This document shows positions 38,150 through 50,237 of a DNA stretch of 64,000 nt, in pieces. The notes below the pieces were generated by a model. It did no database searches, was not told the origin of the DNA, and was given only the letters and a program-made list of their open reading frames with translations. The position numbers were made by a program, and so were the translations under genes. This DNA comes from Squalus acanthias (taxonomy: Eukaryota), in assembly GCA_030390025.1 (NCBI GenBank), contig CM059432.1, positions 29,018,001-29,082,000 on the forward strand. The letters are read 5' to 3'. How positions within the stretch are numbered: position 1 is the first letter of the stretch; each line of letters starts with the position of its first letter.

Positions 38150-39300
38150 CAGAAGCGGTGTCTTATCAGGCATTCACGAACGGCCCTTGCAGAGGCAACA
38201 TTGAACACCTCCCTCCCACGTTGGTGCTGCTCACCTTCCTCTTCATCCTCCTCCTCTGTCTCCTCCTCCTCCTACTCCTCCTTTCCCTCCTCCTCCTGAG
38301 GTGGTGCACCAATCACTGGTGGCAATGGCTGTGTCCTCATAATTGCGAGGTTGTGAAGCATGCAGCACGCAACAATGAAAAGCGATACTCGCTCGGGAGA
38401 GTACTGCAGGGCTCCTGCAGAGTGGTCAAGACACTGGAACCGTTGCTTCAGCACACCGATCGTCTGTTCAATGAGGTTCCTGGTGGCGCTATGGCTCTCA
38501 TTGTATGCGAGCTCAGCAGGAGTGTTGGGGTTACCGAGCAGTGTCATCAGCCAGGTGCAGAGTGGATAACCCTTGTCCCCGAGGAGACAGCCACGAGGTT
38601 GATGCGGTGGTTGGAAGAGGCCTGGGACACCAGTCTGGCGCAGGATGAAAGCATCGTGGCTGCTGCCAGGATAGCGGGCATTGACGGCGAGGATGCGCTG
38701 TCTGTGGTCGCACACCAACTGCATGTTAAGAGAATGAAAGCCTTTGCGGTTGCGGAACACCTCTGCATTTTCATGAGGTGCCCGCAATGCCACATGCGTG
38801 CAGTCAATGGTGCCTTGCACCATGGGGAAGCCCGCTATCCTAGCGAAACCTCATGCACGTTCGTGCTGTTTGTCCCGGGTCATAGGGAAAGAGATGTACT
38901 GGCGTCTCCTTTTGTGCAGAGCATTTGTCACCTCCTGGATGTAGCAATGGACAGCGAACTGGGAGATATTCGCTATGTCCCCAGTTGAAGCCTGGAAGGA
39001 GCCGCTGTCATAGAAATTCAGAGCCACCATCACCTTCACTGCCACCGACAGAGACGTCCTGGTCCTGAGCTGAGGCTGCAGATCTGGTTGCAGGAGGTGG
39101 CAGAGCTCAGTGACCACCTCCTTGATGAAGCGCAGCCTTCTGAAACACTTCTCCCGAATACCCTGGGAGGGTAAGGTCTCCTGTGCAGAGCCCTGGTGGC
39201 CCTCCTCCCTCTGGCCACATTTGCCACTTTCTCTCTGCACCTCTACTGCCTCCGAAGGTGAAACTGGAGGATGACGCCCCGAGTTAGTACTGCCCCCATT
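38150..39300 (-). pseudogene. Harbinger transposase, disrupted
   Basis: IDCTH, YPGSSHDA, LLGDKGY, IEQTIG; stop at ~38851 and a frameshifting deletion near 39150. Confidence 0.88.
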
Positions 39301-41128
39301 TAATTTTGTAAATGTGATAAATATGAAGCTCAGAGAATTAGAAACCTGAAAAGTGTTGCTCAAGAACAAAACTCCTTGTGGGACAGCGGTAAATGTCTCT
39401 CTCCCTCTCTCAACCTGCGTATGCCAAATATTTTGCCGACAGGAAAAAGCAGGAAGCGCACGCCTTTATATAGCGGTCCCCCAGCTCCTTGCTGACTGCA
39501 AAATGTCCCTCTCTACCTGTCGTTCCTAGCGGCAGGCGCTAAGGCAGGGGGCGAGAGTCATCTTCAAAATTTGAGTTAGGGCACCTTGAGAGGTGGAGGC
39601 CATAATCACTGACACACAAATTCTATCAGGTTATTCAGTGGATATAAATAGCAGGCACATGTAATGGAGGCTAACTTGATATAGATATCAATATCACTTT
39701 ATATAAGGTATGGAAACACAAGATAATATCAATTTTCCTCTCGTACCTGCAGCCCTGAAGGTTTTTTAAGCTAATTGAGTTTAAAATCTCATGTAGTGAT
39801 CTTTAGAAAATATGCTTTCTCAGATGATGCATGGCTCAAAGTCATCTACATCCCAAAGAATGACTGAAACATAGAACCACAGTTTATATCATAGAAGGAG
39901 GCCATTTGGTCCATCATAGCTATGATGCCTATTTGCTAGAGCAATCCAAAACTAATCCCACTATCTCTCCATAACCTGTATCAAACTCTGCTTCAAATGT
40001 TTATTTACTCTTCCTTTAGTCTCTGCCTCAACTATTCCCTGTGGCAAAGCAATCTATGCTCCCAACAGCCCCCTGCATAAAGAAATTTCTCCCAACCTTT
40101 CTCCTCTCTCTCTGAGTGACAGTTTCAAATTGATGATCCCCCATTACTGACTCTCCAAATAGAGGAAATATCTTTCTTTATGCACGGTATCAAAACCCCA
40201 TATAATTTGAAACCCCACACAGTTTCAGGGCCATAATATTATTTTATTAAAATGTGCCAGTAGCCTCGATGCAATTCGCCAAAATGGTGGAGAATTGCTT
40301 TGGTTGCTACGTGGAATGACATCGTAAATGCTGAAATGCGTTTCTGATTTTGCTAGGAATACTAATCTGAAGAAATCTTCCTGAATGTATTTACAATGTC
40401 ACTACACAGCCACCAGACCAATTCTTTCCCTTACATTGGCGCAAAAGTCAAAATGCTGACAACGCTAGGCCGCAACCAGCCAGCCTTCTCCACAACATTC
40501 AAGGACACTGGCAAGCAAAATACTTTGAGTGCCTCTGATGGCCAGTGTAGTAAAGAAGAAACCAATGTTGTCTCTTTACTTGAGTAGCAACAAAAATAGT
40601 CATTGCTTCAGGTTCAATACCTTTATTTCTTCAGTCAGTATGCAAAGCACTTTACAAGCAGAGTAGATTAAACAGATACGAGTACAGAAGTGTAAACAAG
40701 CACTTCACTATTCCCTCGCTGCATTAACTTTTCTAAGCACAAAATGTCTGTTTTTATATCATCCTTGGTCCCTTACTAAACTTGAATCTGGCTCTTCTCC
40801 CTTGATTGGATTCCTTCTGTCACCTGACTTAACATGACACCCGCCCCCTCCCCATGGTGTCCATTTTGAATCAAAGCTCAAGCCCCATGTCACGTAGCTT
40901 CCCTTATCTCATCTGCTCCCAGAACGTTATCTGTCTGATTTTCTGTGTGAAAAGCAGCTGCAGTTTAATAACTCCTTTGTTTTTCAAACTTTTAAAGCCA
41001 CAAGGCTTTCTTCTGGCAGGCTTTCAGGGTCCAGGCACAATGCTTTATTTCAATTAATGATGCACACACACACAAACTATCCTGCAATAATGCTTCCTGT
41101 TCACTATGCTAAACTAGCTGCTAGTTTT

Positions 41129-41347
41129 AAGAACATAAGAACATAAGAAATAGGAGCAGGAGTAGGCCAATCGGCCCCTCGAGCCTGCTCCGCCATTCAA
41201 TAAGATCATGGCTGATCTGATCCTAACCGCCAATCTACTATCTATCACAGAACCATCTCCTGCATCTAACAGAATTGCACACACGAAATAGGCAGTATTC
41301 CAGGTGCGGTCTCACCAATACCTTGTACAACTGAAGCAATACCTCCC
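41129..41347 (-). mobile_element. CR1 3' end with internal deletions
   Basis: (aagaacat)n tail, CR1 3' UTR, short LVRPHLEYC-coding piece. Confidence 0.75.
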
Positions 41348-43157
41348 CATCATCTTTCTACCAAGCTAGTATCTTAACGTCTCAGTTACCTGATTTTATT
41401 TTGTGTGCCAAGCTAACTTTTAATTTCCCAGCAAGCTCTCTGCTAAGTTAGTTCATTTGGCTCACAAGTTTATTGTAATTAGTGAACATATGAAGAAAAT
41501 ACATGTTAATAAACAAATACGCACTATCTTGTAGTGTTTGCTCCCTATACTATATGCTAAGCTAGCCTTAATATCCCATCAAGCTCTCTGACTCTTCCTT
41601 CTCCATGTTTCAACATGTCCCATTATTTCAACTGTCAGTCTGACAGGATTTAGGAGACAGTCTCTAGTGCCACTTGTGGCTGATCGCCCTCTTCACTCTG
41701 AGGCGGACCGCATGCAAGTTTCTTTTATAGATTTAGATTCTAACCCCTAATCACCTAGTCTTGTTTAGATTAATACCTTAACATAGACTTTTGTATGTTT
41801 CCTTGCATTTTGGATGAGATGTTAAACCTAGATCCTGTCTGATAGCTTAGGTGGATATTAAAGAGCTGTACAGATCCCTGGGGGACACCGCTAGTCACAT
41901 CCCGCCAATTTGAGTACATACCCATTATCCCTATTCTCTGGCTCCTACCTTTTAACCAATTCCCAATCCAATCCAAAAGGGTGCTTCCATATCCATGTGT
42001 TGTCCATGTGAAGAACTTTGAGATGTATCTGAAAGATGTGATTAAAAAGCTGTATAAATGCAAGTTTTTTTACCATTTAGAAAACTGTCACAGCATGTAT
42101 TTAGCTTTTTAATAGTGCCAGAAAAATCACTTCTGTATCCAGTGTCTTATTCTTTGATGCAGGTAACCAGTTGCCATATCACATAAAACAATTTGATTGG
42201 CGCTTAGGTTCAGCACTTTTAGTATCAGTAGCTTTCTGCAACATGTGATAGTGTTTATCTGTTGAGTCCTATCTTTTCTTCATGCATTTAGAAGACGATT
42301 CGCCCAGTAACGATTGACTTGTTAAAATATGTCGGATAGCGTGAAGTAACCAATTATATTACTACTGTAATTGCCTTTTTAAATCAAGTGTATCATATAA
42401 TGGATTCTGAACTGTAATATTAAAAAGATCAACCATGAATTAAAGTGATTCCATAATGCAGCATGCGTTGGATCATTATAAAGAGTAATGAAGCTCTATA
42501 GTTGAATGGCTCATTGATGATTCATATTTAGCTATAAGTAATGTGGGGCAAAATTTGTCCTATCGATAATCCCCCTGAAATCTCGTTTTATACCCGCTCT
42601 GACATTTTCGCTAAATTATCGACAGGAGGAATTTCACCTCATGGTCTCTGTGAGTGAATTTGTGTAAATGAAAGTGATATTAGACACGGCTTCTAATTTT
42701 GTTTAAACAGACTGTATTTAATGCCTGAAAAAGGTAGCTGATCCCAGATTGATTTAGTTGCCCCCAATAATTACTTTAATTGGTGTGTTAATCAACTTAT
42801 ACGATTAAAACTGCAATTTGAGATGAACAATGTGGAGTGGCAGCAATGACATTAAAGGTTGGATAATTCCCTTTTAACAGGAAGATCTGCTCGCAGAGAC
42901 TCTAAGGGTGAATTTTCATGGGGTTTTCTCTCCCGTCCACTGTGACTTCAGTGGAAGAGCTGCAGAAACCCTGGACAACCAATGTAAACAGCGTTTATCC
43001 CATTATTCTGTGTTTTCCGTGACTCTTCTGCGAAAGTTGCGGTGAAGGAGCAGGAGAGTCCCCACAGAAATTTAACCCTTCAGTCTTTAGAAGGGGCGGG
43101 GGTGAGGGTGATAGTGACACTCCCTCTTTAACGGGCCCTGACTGGACAAGCAGCGAG

Positions 43158-44900
43158 AAAGAAGGAATTGCATTTATATAGCGCCTTTCATGGCCTCATG
43201 ATGTCCCAAAGTACTTCACAGCCAATGAAATACTTTTGATGTGTAGTCACTGTTGTAATGTAGGGGACAAGTCCGGACAAGTCCGATTGCAGTAATTACA
43301 GAGGAGTTTCCCTGCTGTCTGCCACAGGGAAAGTCATTGCAAGAATCCTCCTCAATTGCCTTCTCCCAGTGGCTGAAGAGCTCCTCCCAGAGTCGCAATG
43401 TGGATTCCACCCCACTAAGGGGCACAATGGACATGATCTTCACTGTGCGTCAATTACAAGAGAAATGCAGGGAACAGCACCAACCGCTGTACATGGCCTT
43501 CTTTGACCTCACAAAGGCCTTCGACACTGTCAACCGTGAGGGATTATGGAGTGTCCTCCTCAAATTCGGCTGCCCTCAAAAGTTTGTCACCATCCTCCGC
43601 CTGCTTCATGACAGCATGCAAGCCGTGATCCTGACCAACGGTTCCACCACATACCCAATTCATGTACGGACCGGGGTCAAGCAAGGCTGTGTCATCGTAC
43701 CAACGCTCTTCTTGATCTTCCTTGCTGCAATGCTCCATCTCACCCTCAGTAAGCTCCCTGCTGGAATGGAGCTGATTTACAGAACAAATGGGGAACTGTT
43801 CAACCTCCGTCGCCTCCAGTCCCGATCCAAGGTTATCCCATCCTCTGTTGTCGAATTATAGTATGCAGATAACGCTTGCATTTGCGCACACTCGGAGGTC
43901 GAACTCCAAACCATCGTCAACACCTTCACCGAAGCGTACGAGAGCATGGGCTTTACTCTAAACATCCGTAAGACAAAGGTCCTCTACCAACCTGCCCCCG
44001 CCACACAGTACTGCTCCCCGAATATCAAAATCCACGACAAGGCCTTGGACAACATGGACCACTTTCCATACCTTGGGAGCCTACTGTCAACAAGAGCAGA
44101 TGTCGATAACGAAGTCCAGCACCACCTTCAGTGTGCCAGTGCAGCCTTTGGTCGCCTGAGGAAGAGAGTGTTTGAAGACCTCAAACCCGGCAACAAGCTC
44201 ATGGTCTACAGAGCAGCAGTGATACCCGCTTCAAGGACACCCTCAAAGCCTCCTTGAAAAAGTGCAACATCCCCACCGACACCTGGGAATCCCTGGCCCA
44301 ACGCCGCACAAAGTGGAGGAGAAGCATCCGGGAAGGCGCCGAACACCTCGAGTCTCTTCGCCGGGAGCAAGCGGAAGCCAAGCGCAAGCAGCACAAGGAG
44401 TGCACGTCAACCCAAGCACCCCACCCACCCACCCCTTCAACCACCATCTGCCCCACCTGTGACAGAGACTGTAGGTCCTGCATTGGACTCATCAGTTACC
44501 TGAGAACTCATTTTTAGTGTGGAAGCAAGTCATCCTCGGTTCCGAGGGACTGCCTAAGAAGAAGAAGAATGTAGGGGATCATGGCAGCCAATCTGTGCAT
44601 AGCAAGGCCCCACAAACAGAAACAAGATAAATGACCAGATAATCTGTTGTTTGAGATGTTGGTTTGGGCTAAAGGTTGGCATGAAACTCGGAGAACTCCC
44701 CTGCTCTGCTTCAAGTAGTACCCTGGGAACATTTAAATCCTCCTGAGAGGACAGATAGGGCCTCATCAGAAATACAGCACCTCCTCATCAGAAATACAGC
44801 ACCTCCAACAGTAGAGCACTCCCTTACTACTGCACTGAAGTATCTGGAGTGAGGCTTGAACCCACAACCTTCTGACCCTGAGGCAAGTGCCTCTGAACTC
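43158..44900 (-). mobile_element. Deu-domain SINE split by an RTE insertion
   Basis: SINE tail at 43158-43267 continues at 44579-44900. Confidence 0.8.
43268..44567 (+). mobile_element. RTE-clade LINE, 5'-truncated, with internal deletion
   Basis: 11-bp TSD aatgtagggga, (aag)n tail, RT motifs DLTKAFD and GVKQGC, C-terminal C2H2-like finger. Confidence 0.93.
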
Positions 44901-45037
44901 GCAGGTTGCATAGTTTTAGCTGCTCAAACTTCACAAGTACCCCAGTGCAGATTTTGGGGTTCCTAAGCAACCTGCACCTGTTTACAGTCTGACCTTATTT
45001 AAGTGGGGTGCGTCCATGCAGGGAGAGAGCAGTTCTT

Positions 45038-45225
45038 GGAAGGTCATAGGGCTGGAGGAGGTTACAGATATAGAGAGGAGCGAGGCCATAGAGGGATTTG
45101 AACATGCGGATGATAATTTTAAAAGTGAGGTGTTGGTGTACCGGCAGCCAATGGGTGAAGGGACTCGGTGCGAGTTAGGACACGGGCAGCAGAGTTTTGC
45201 ATGAGCTCAAGTTTATGGAGGGTTG
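45038..45225 (-). mobile_element. L2 fragment
   Basis: Reverse complement parallels 34060-34270. Confidence 0.6.
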
Positions 45226-45279
45226 TCGGGTTTCACGGGAAATCTGAATAACAAATATTGACCTATTGACTATTCTCAG

Positions 45280-46899
45280 AGACGCCGTAATTGTGACAAT
45301 CTTCAAGAAAGGTTACAAATCCGATTGCGGTAATTACAGAGGAGTTTCCCTGCTGTCTGCCACAGGGAAAGTCATCGCAAGAATCCTCCTCAATCGCCTT
45401 CTCCCAGTGGGCGAAGAGCTCCTCCCAGAGTCGCAATGCGGATTCCGCCCACTAAGGGGCACAATGGACATGATCTTCACCGCGCGTCAATTCCAAGAGA
45501 AATGCAGGGAACAGCACCAACCGCTGTACATGGCCTTCTTTGACCTCACAAAGGCCTTCGACACGGTCAACCGTGAGGAATTATGGAGTGCCCTCCTCAA
45601 ATTCGGCTGACCGCAAAAGTTTGTCACCATCCTCCGCCTGCTTCACGACGACATGCAAGCTGTGATCCTGACCAATGGATCCACCAGAGACCCAATTCAT
45701 GTATGGACCGGGGTCAAGCAAGGCTGTGTCATTGCACCAACGCTCTTCTCGATCTTCCTTGCTGCAATGCTCCATCTCACCCTCAGTAAGCTCCCTGCTG
45801 GAGTGGAGCTAATTTACAGAACAAATGGGAAACTGTTCAATCTCTGTCACCTCCAGTCCAGATCCAAGGTTGTCCCATCCTCTGTCATCGAATTACAGTA
45901 TGCAGACGACGCTTGCATCTGCGCACACTTGGAGGTCGAACTCCAAACCATTGTCAACACCTTCACCGAAGCGTACGAGAGCATGGGCCTTACACTAAAC
46001 ATCTGTAAGACAAAGGTCCTCTACCAACCTGCCCCCACCATACAGTACTGCCCCCCGATTATCAAAATCCACGACAAGGCCTTGGACAACGTGGACCACT
46101 TTCCATACCTTGGGAGCCTACTGTCAACAAGGGCAGACATCGATGACGAAGTCCAACACTGCCTTCAGTGTGCCAGTGCAGCCTTCGGTCGCCTGAGGAA
46201 GAGAGTGTTTGAAGACCAGGACCTCAAACCCGGCACTAAGCTCATGGTCTGCAGAGCAGCAGTGATACCCGCCCTGCTGTATGCCTCAGAGACATGGACC
46301 ATGTATAGTAGACACCTCAAAGCACTGGAGAGGTACCACCAACTTTGCCTCCGCAAGATCCTGCCAATCCATTGGCAGGATAGGCGCATCAACGTCAGTG
46401 TTCTCGCTCAGGCCAACATCCCCAGCATTAAAGCTTTGACCACGCTCGATCAGCTCCGATGGATGGGTCACATCGTCCGCATGCCCAATACGAGACTCCC
46501 AAAACAAGCGCTCTACTCGGAGCTCCAACACGGCAAGAGAGCCCCAGGTGGGCAGAGGAAATGCTTCAAGGACACCCTCAAAGCCTCCTTGAAAAAGTGC
46601 AACATCCTCACTGACACCTGGGAATCCCTGGCCCAACGCCGCATAAAGTGGAGGAGAAGCATCCGGGAAGACGCCAAACACCTCGAGTCTCTTCGCCGGG
46701 AGCAAGCGGAAACCAAGCGCAAGCAGCGGAAGGAGCGCACGTCAACCCAAGCACCCCACCCACCCGCCCCTTCAACCACCGTCTGCCCCACCTGTGACAG
46801 AGACTGTAGGTCTCGCATTGGACTCATCAGTCACCTGAGAACTCATTTTTAATGTGGAAGCAAGTCATCCTCGGTTCCGAGGGACTGCCTAAGAAGAAG
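45280..46899 (+). mobile_element. RTE-clade LINE, 5'-truncated
   Basis: 8-bp TSD attctcag, (aag)n tail, 3' hairpin cctcggttccgagg; NYRGVSLL, QCGFRP, YADD, CPTC...HLRTH; one stop at 45608-45610. Confidence 0.95.
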
Positions 46900-48644
46900 A
46901 TTCTCAGTCTGCATCTCAATCTGTTGACAAGCAGACCAGAAATCTGGCTCTAGATTAAGTCTTAAGCTAATAAATGCAGTAATACCTGCATTTGTATAGC
47001 ACCTTATCATATGTCTTGAAACGCTGCACGGAAAAAATTGCCTTTTGCAATACAGTGAGTGACTGTTGGTATGTAGGCAAATATAGCCCATTCTGTGCTA
47101 GCCACATTTCACAAACAGCAAGGAGCTGTGTGTGGGTGAAGGAGGAATATTAGCCAGAACTCCCTGCTTATGTTTGGGATATGCCCAGCCGAACAGGCAG
47201 ATGGGACTTTTGGTTAACGTCTCATCCAAAAGCTGGTTATAGTTACAGACCCAAATCCGAAGTTTGGCAATATAAGTAGTGATAAGTTTCTTTGGAGAAA
47301 GGAAAAAAGAATAAAAGACTGAACTTTGCAACAGAGAGTATTTAAGTCAGCAATTCGCTGCTGAAAATTGCATCCTTAGCCCTTGCCTCGAGGGGTTAAA
47401 TTACGACCTGCACTAACAAGAGTGCTGAGCATTGCCTCCTTTTATTTTCTTAAAGCCTTGTGATCATATTTCTTTGCCGGGGAGAGCACTCGAGTAACCA
47501 GCATTTGCAGTTTTATTAAATAATGGCTGTTCTGATATCCAAAGCCAAAATTCATATTACAGGGGCTGAAGGTGGGGGGATATGCTTTTCTCTACCTGTC
47601 ACTTCACATTAACAGGCAAATTATTTGAACCTAAGGAAAAATCCATGACTTTTTTTTGGCCTGTCGATTCAGGCTTTGGGAATGATGAATGGCCATTTTA
47701 CCCTGATCCACTGATTTGTGTACCGCTGTGATTTCAAATCCATGCAGAAAAGGAACACGGCCATTCTTCACTCTGGCTACAGGCGAGTCAGGAATAAATT
47801 TTTCTACTAAAAACTTGCTAAGATCAGGGTTTCTTTGTGAGGAGCTTCTGACAGGCTGTCAGCTTACAGAGACGTCCTGTACTTTGTGAGCCTTTTGCTA
47901 GGAAGGTGTACGGGAGGTGGGGGTGAAGCGAGGAGAGAGCGAGGGAGCCAAGGCGGGTGCGTTATTTATCAGTCTTTTCTTTTCAAATTTTAGTTGGAGA
48001 TAATTCTATTAAAAGACACAGATTGCTCGCCATTAGCAGAGCCAAATACAAATATTCTGATTCGCCTTTATTTCCACTGTCGAATTTAATTCAGTCGGTC
48101 GTAATAATATGCCACAGCCTCCTTTTCTTTAAAAAAAAATTAACCCCTCTACTAAAGAATTGACTCCTTGCTCTCTGGCGCGCCGTCCAAGTGGACGATT
48201 ATTTATATGCGAATAATGACAGTGAGTGCCGGCAGGCTATTTGTCTGCAGGGGCGTCACAGCCAAGCGGGAACCTGTCCTCACAAAATGTTACTGCATGT
48301 CCACAACCAGCAGGAGCTACTCTATATTGGTCAGGAGCAGGACCCTTCCCTAAGCCTGAGGCCGATTTTACTGCTTTTAATTGAGCCCGAGCTGAGATCA
48401 ATTAACTTAGCATAGACTGGAGGTCAGACATAAGACGTTTCAGATCTGCATGGTTCAGTGACTCATCGGGAAAACTTGCTGAGCCATCAAGGAAGGAAGG
48501 ACCTGCTTAAATGAAGACTGTCATTCCAGCCCTACTCTGGGTTTCTAGACACTACTGTGGGCAATCATGCAAGCATGTTGACTAACAAATATTTAATGCT
48601 CAATTAAAAAAATGTGCAAAGCTACCCCAATGATGCATGCACCA

Positions 48645-48990
48645 GCAAATACTGAGCCATACAGACTTGAACAGTCCAAGGTTTGATCCCCACTATGTCC
48701 TGGTAGTAGGGGCGCTCCAACTATCTTCAATGTCCTTGGCCGAAAGAGAGAGCTGCTGGGATTGCTGCTCCTAATCGTCACTCAGTAACCTCCTATGGTA
48801 CAATGCATGTGAGTGTGCACACGCGTGTGTGCCTGCACGCCAAGTGAGAACAGGATTGAGCTCGGCTGTGCTGCCTCCTGCAGTCAAGTAGCATGCTGAC
48901 ATTCACCTGTGAAGAATGTCCCCTGGGCCGAAGGGTGCCAAACTAAAACAGGAATCAGAACGTTCCAGAGAGGAGAAGAACCATGGAAAG
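48645..48990 (+). mobile_element. AmnSINE2-like SINE, degenerate
   Basis: tactgagccatacagac...aggtttgatcccc...caggattgagctcggctgtg...gaagaatg. Confidence 0.55.
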
Positions 48991-49394
48991 AAAAAGGTTT
49001 GTAAATAGATTGCGATACACGCAACATAGAGTCATAAGGGTAGAAATTAGGTCGCGCCCCATTTGGGGCGCAAATATCGTCCGGACGCAAATATTAGCGC
49101 CTGGCGCTAATTATCGGCACTGACAGGAAACTTCACTTTTACCGCCCCGGGAGGTGAGTGGAGCGCTAAAGTAGGCGCTGCACACCTCTCTTAAGGCGCA
49201 AAGGCCAAGGAGTGAGGCGCTAACTCAGCGCACGAGCGCAGCACAGCTGCTGCCAGTTAGCGAGGGAACACAGACACACTGGCGCCGGACACTTCTTAAA
49301 GCGGGGGGGGGCCACTTGCTCCCCAGCCACACCCTGCTCATTGCAGCCTTGAATCTCAGCCTGGAGAGACCTGTAATCCATTTTGCTGCCAAGC

Positions 49395-49631
49395 ATGGAG
49401 AGGGTGAGAGAACGCGCTCATCGCTTCACCGAGCGGGCCTTGGATGCTCTGGTTGACGCAGTGGAGCGCAGACGATGCATGCTGTTCCCGGAGAGTGGCA
49501 GGAGGCCTTTGCCACGCGAGTTCAGAAGAGTGTGGAGGGAGGTGGCTCAGAGCGTCTCCTCCAGGAGCATGGTGCCCAGGACCCATGTTCAATGCCGCAA
49601 AAAGTTCAACGACCTCACTCAGGTCGTCAGG
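49395..49631 (+). CDS. Harbinger Myb/SANT-like partner, exon 1 (trihelix DNA-binding domain)
   Basis: RFTERALDALV.AVE.R...LF...W.EVA..VS......RT..QCRKKFNDL; donor AGG|GTGAGT, phase 0. Confidence 0.88.
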
Positions 49632-49915
49632 GTGAGTGGCTTTTTCTCAATACCTCTCCATCCCTCCATCTCAACCTCACTCTATGGCCAGAGGGTCTTA
49701 AAACCCCAATGCACAACACTCATCCAACATCTATGGCCCTTTCATCAAACACACACACACATTCCACACTTTGCATACAGTAAGGGCTATTCACCTATGG
49801 GAGGCACATCAGGCAAGACCATGGCTGTATATTGTAAGGGCTATTCACCTATGGGAGGCACATCAGGCAAGACCATGGCTGTATATTTACTCAGATGCTG
49901 TCCTTTTTCTTGCAG

Positions 49916-50078
49916 GCTAAGCTGGCTCATAATCGGAGACAGCAGCAACGAACGGGTGGAGGGCGGCTTCAGCTGCAACCCCTCAGCGATCTGGAGGAGC
50001 GCGTCCACAGGATTGTGGCAAGCCGGGTGATCGGTCCCGTCGCCACTGGAGACGCCGACCCCGTTGTGGACAGCAATG
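49916..50078 (+). CDS. Harbinger Myb/SANT-like partner, exon 2
   Basis: Acceptor tttttcttgcag|; AKLAHNRRQQQRTGGG; donor G|GTAAGG, phase 1. Confidence 0.85.
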
Positions 50079-50237
50079 GTAAGGTCATCACCTTTTTGTC
50101 CTCTGTCCTTCCACTTGTCCCTCACAATACCAGCCTTTGACACTTTCAATCCAACTTGCTAACTCGCTGCACTTATTCCTCCCTTACTGCCACCCTGTCC
50201 TCACGCTAAAGCCACTCTTGTACCTCCCTGCTTTCAG

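Larger units (their letters stand above)
36918..39553 (-). mobile_element. Divergent Harbinger relic (copy C), both ends lost
   Basis: Transposase on the minus strand and partner exon-3 homolog on the plus strand, convergent; no TIR or TSD seen. Confidence 0.85.

Noticed and set aside
40600..41125. Further solo LTR (minus-strand CCAAT, TATA, AATAAA order)
   Set aside because: TG..CA termini and a TSD could not be defined.
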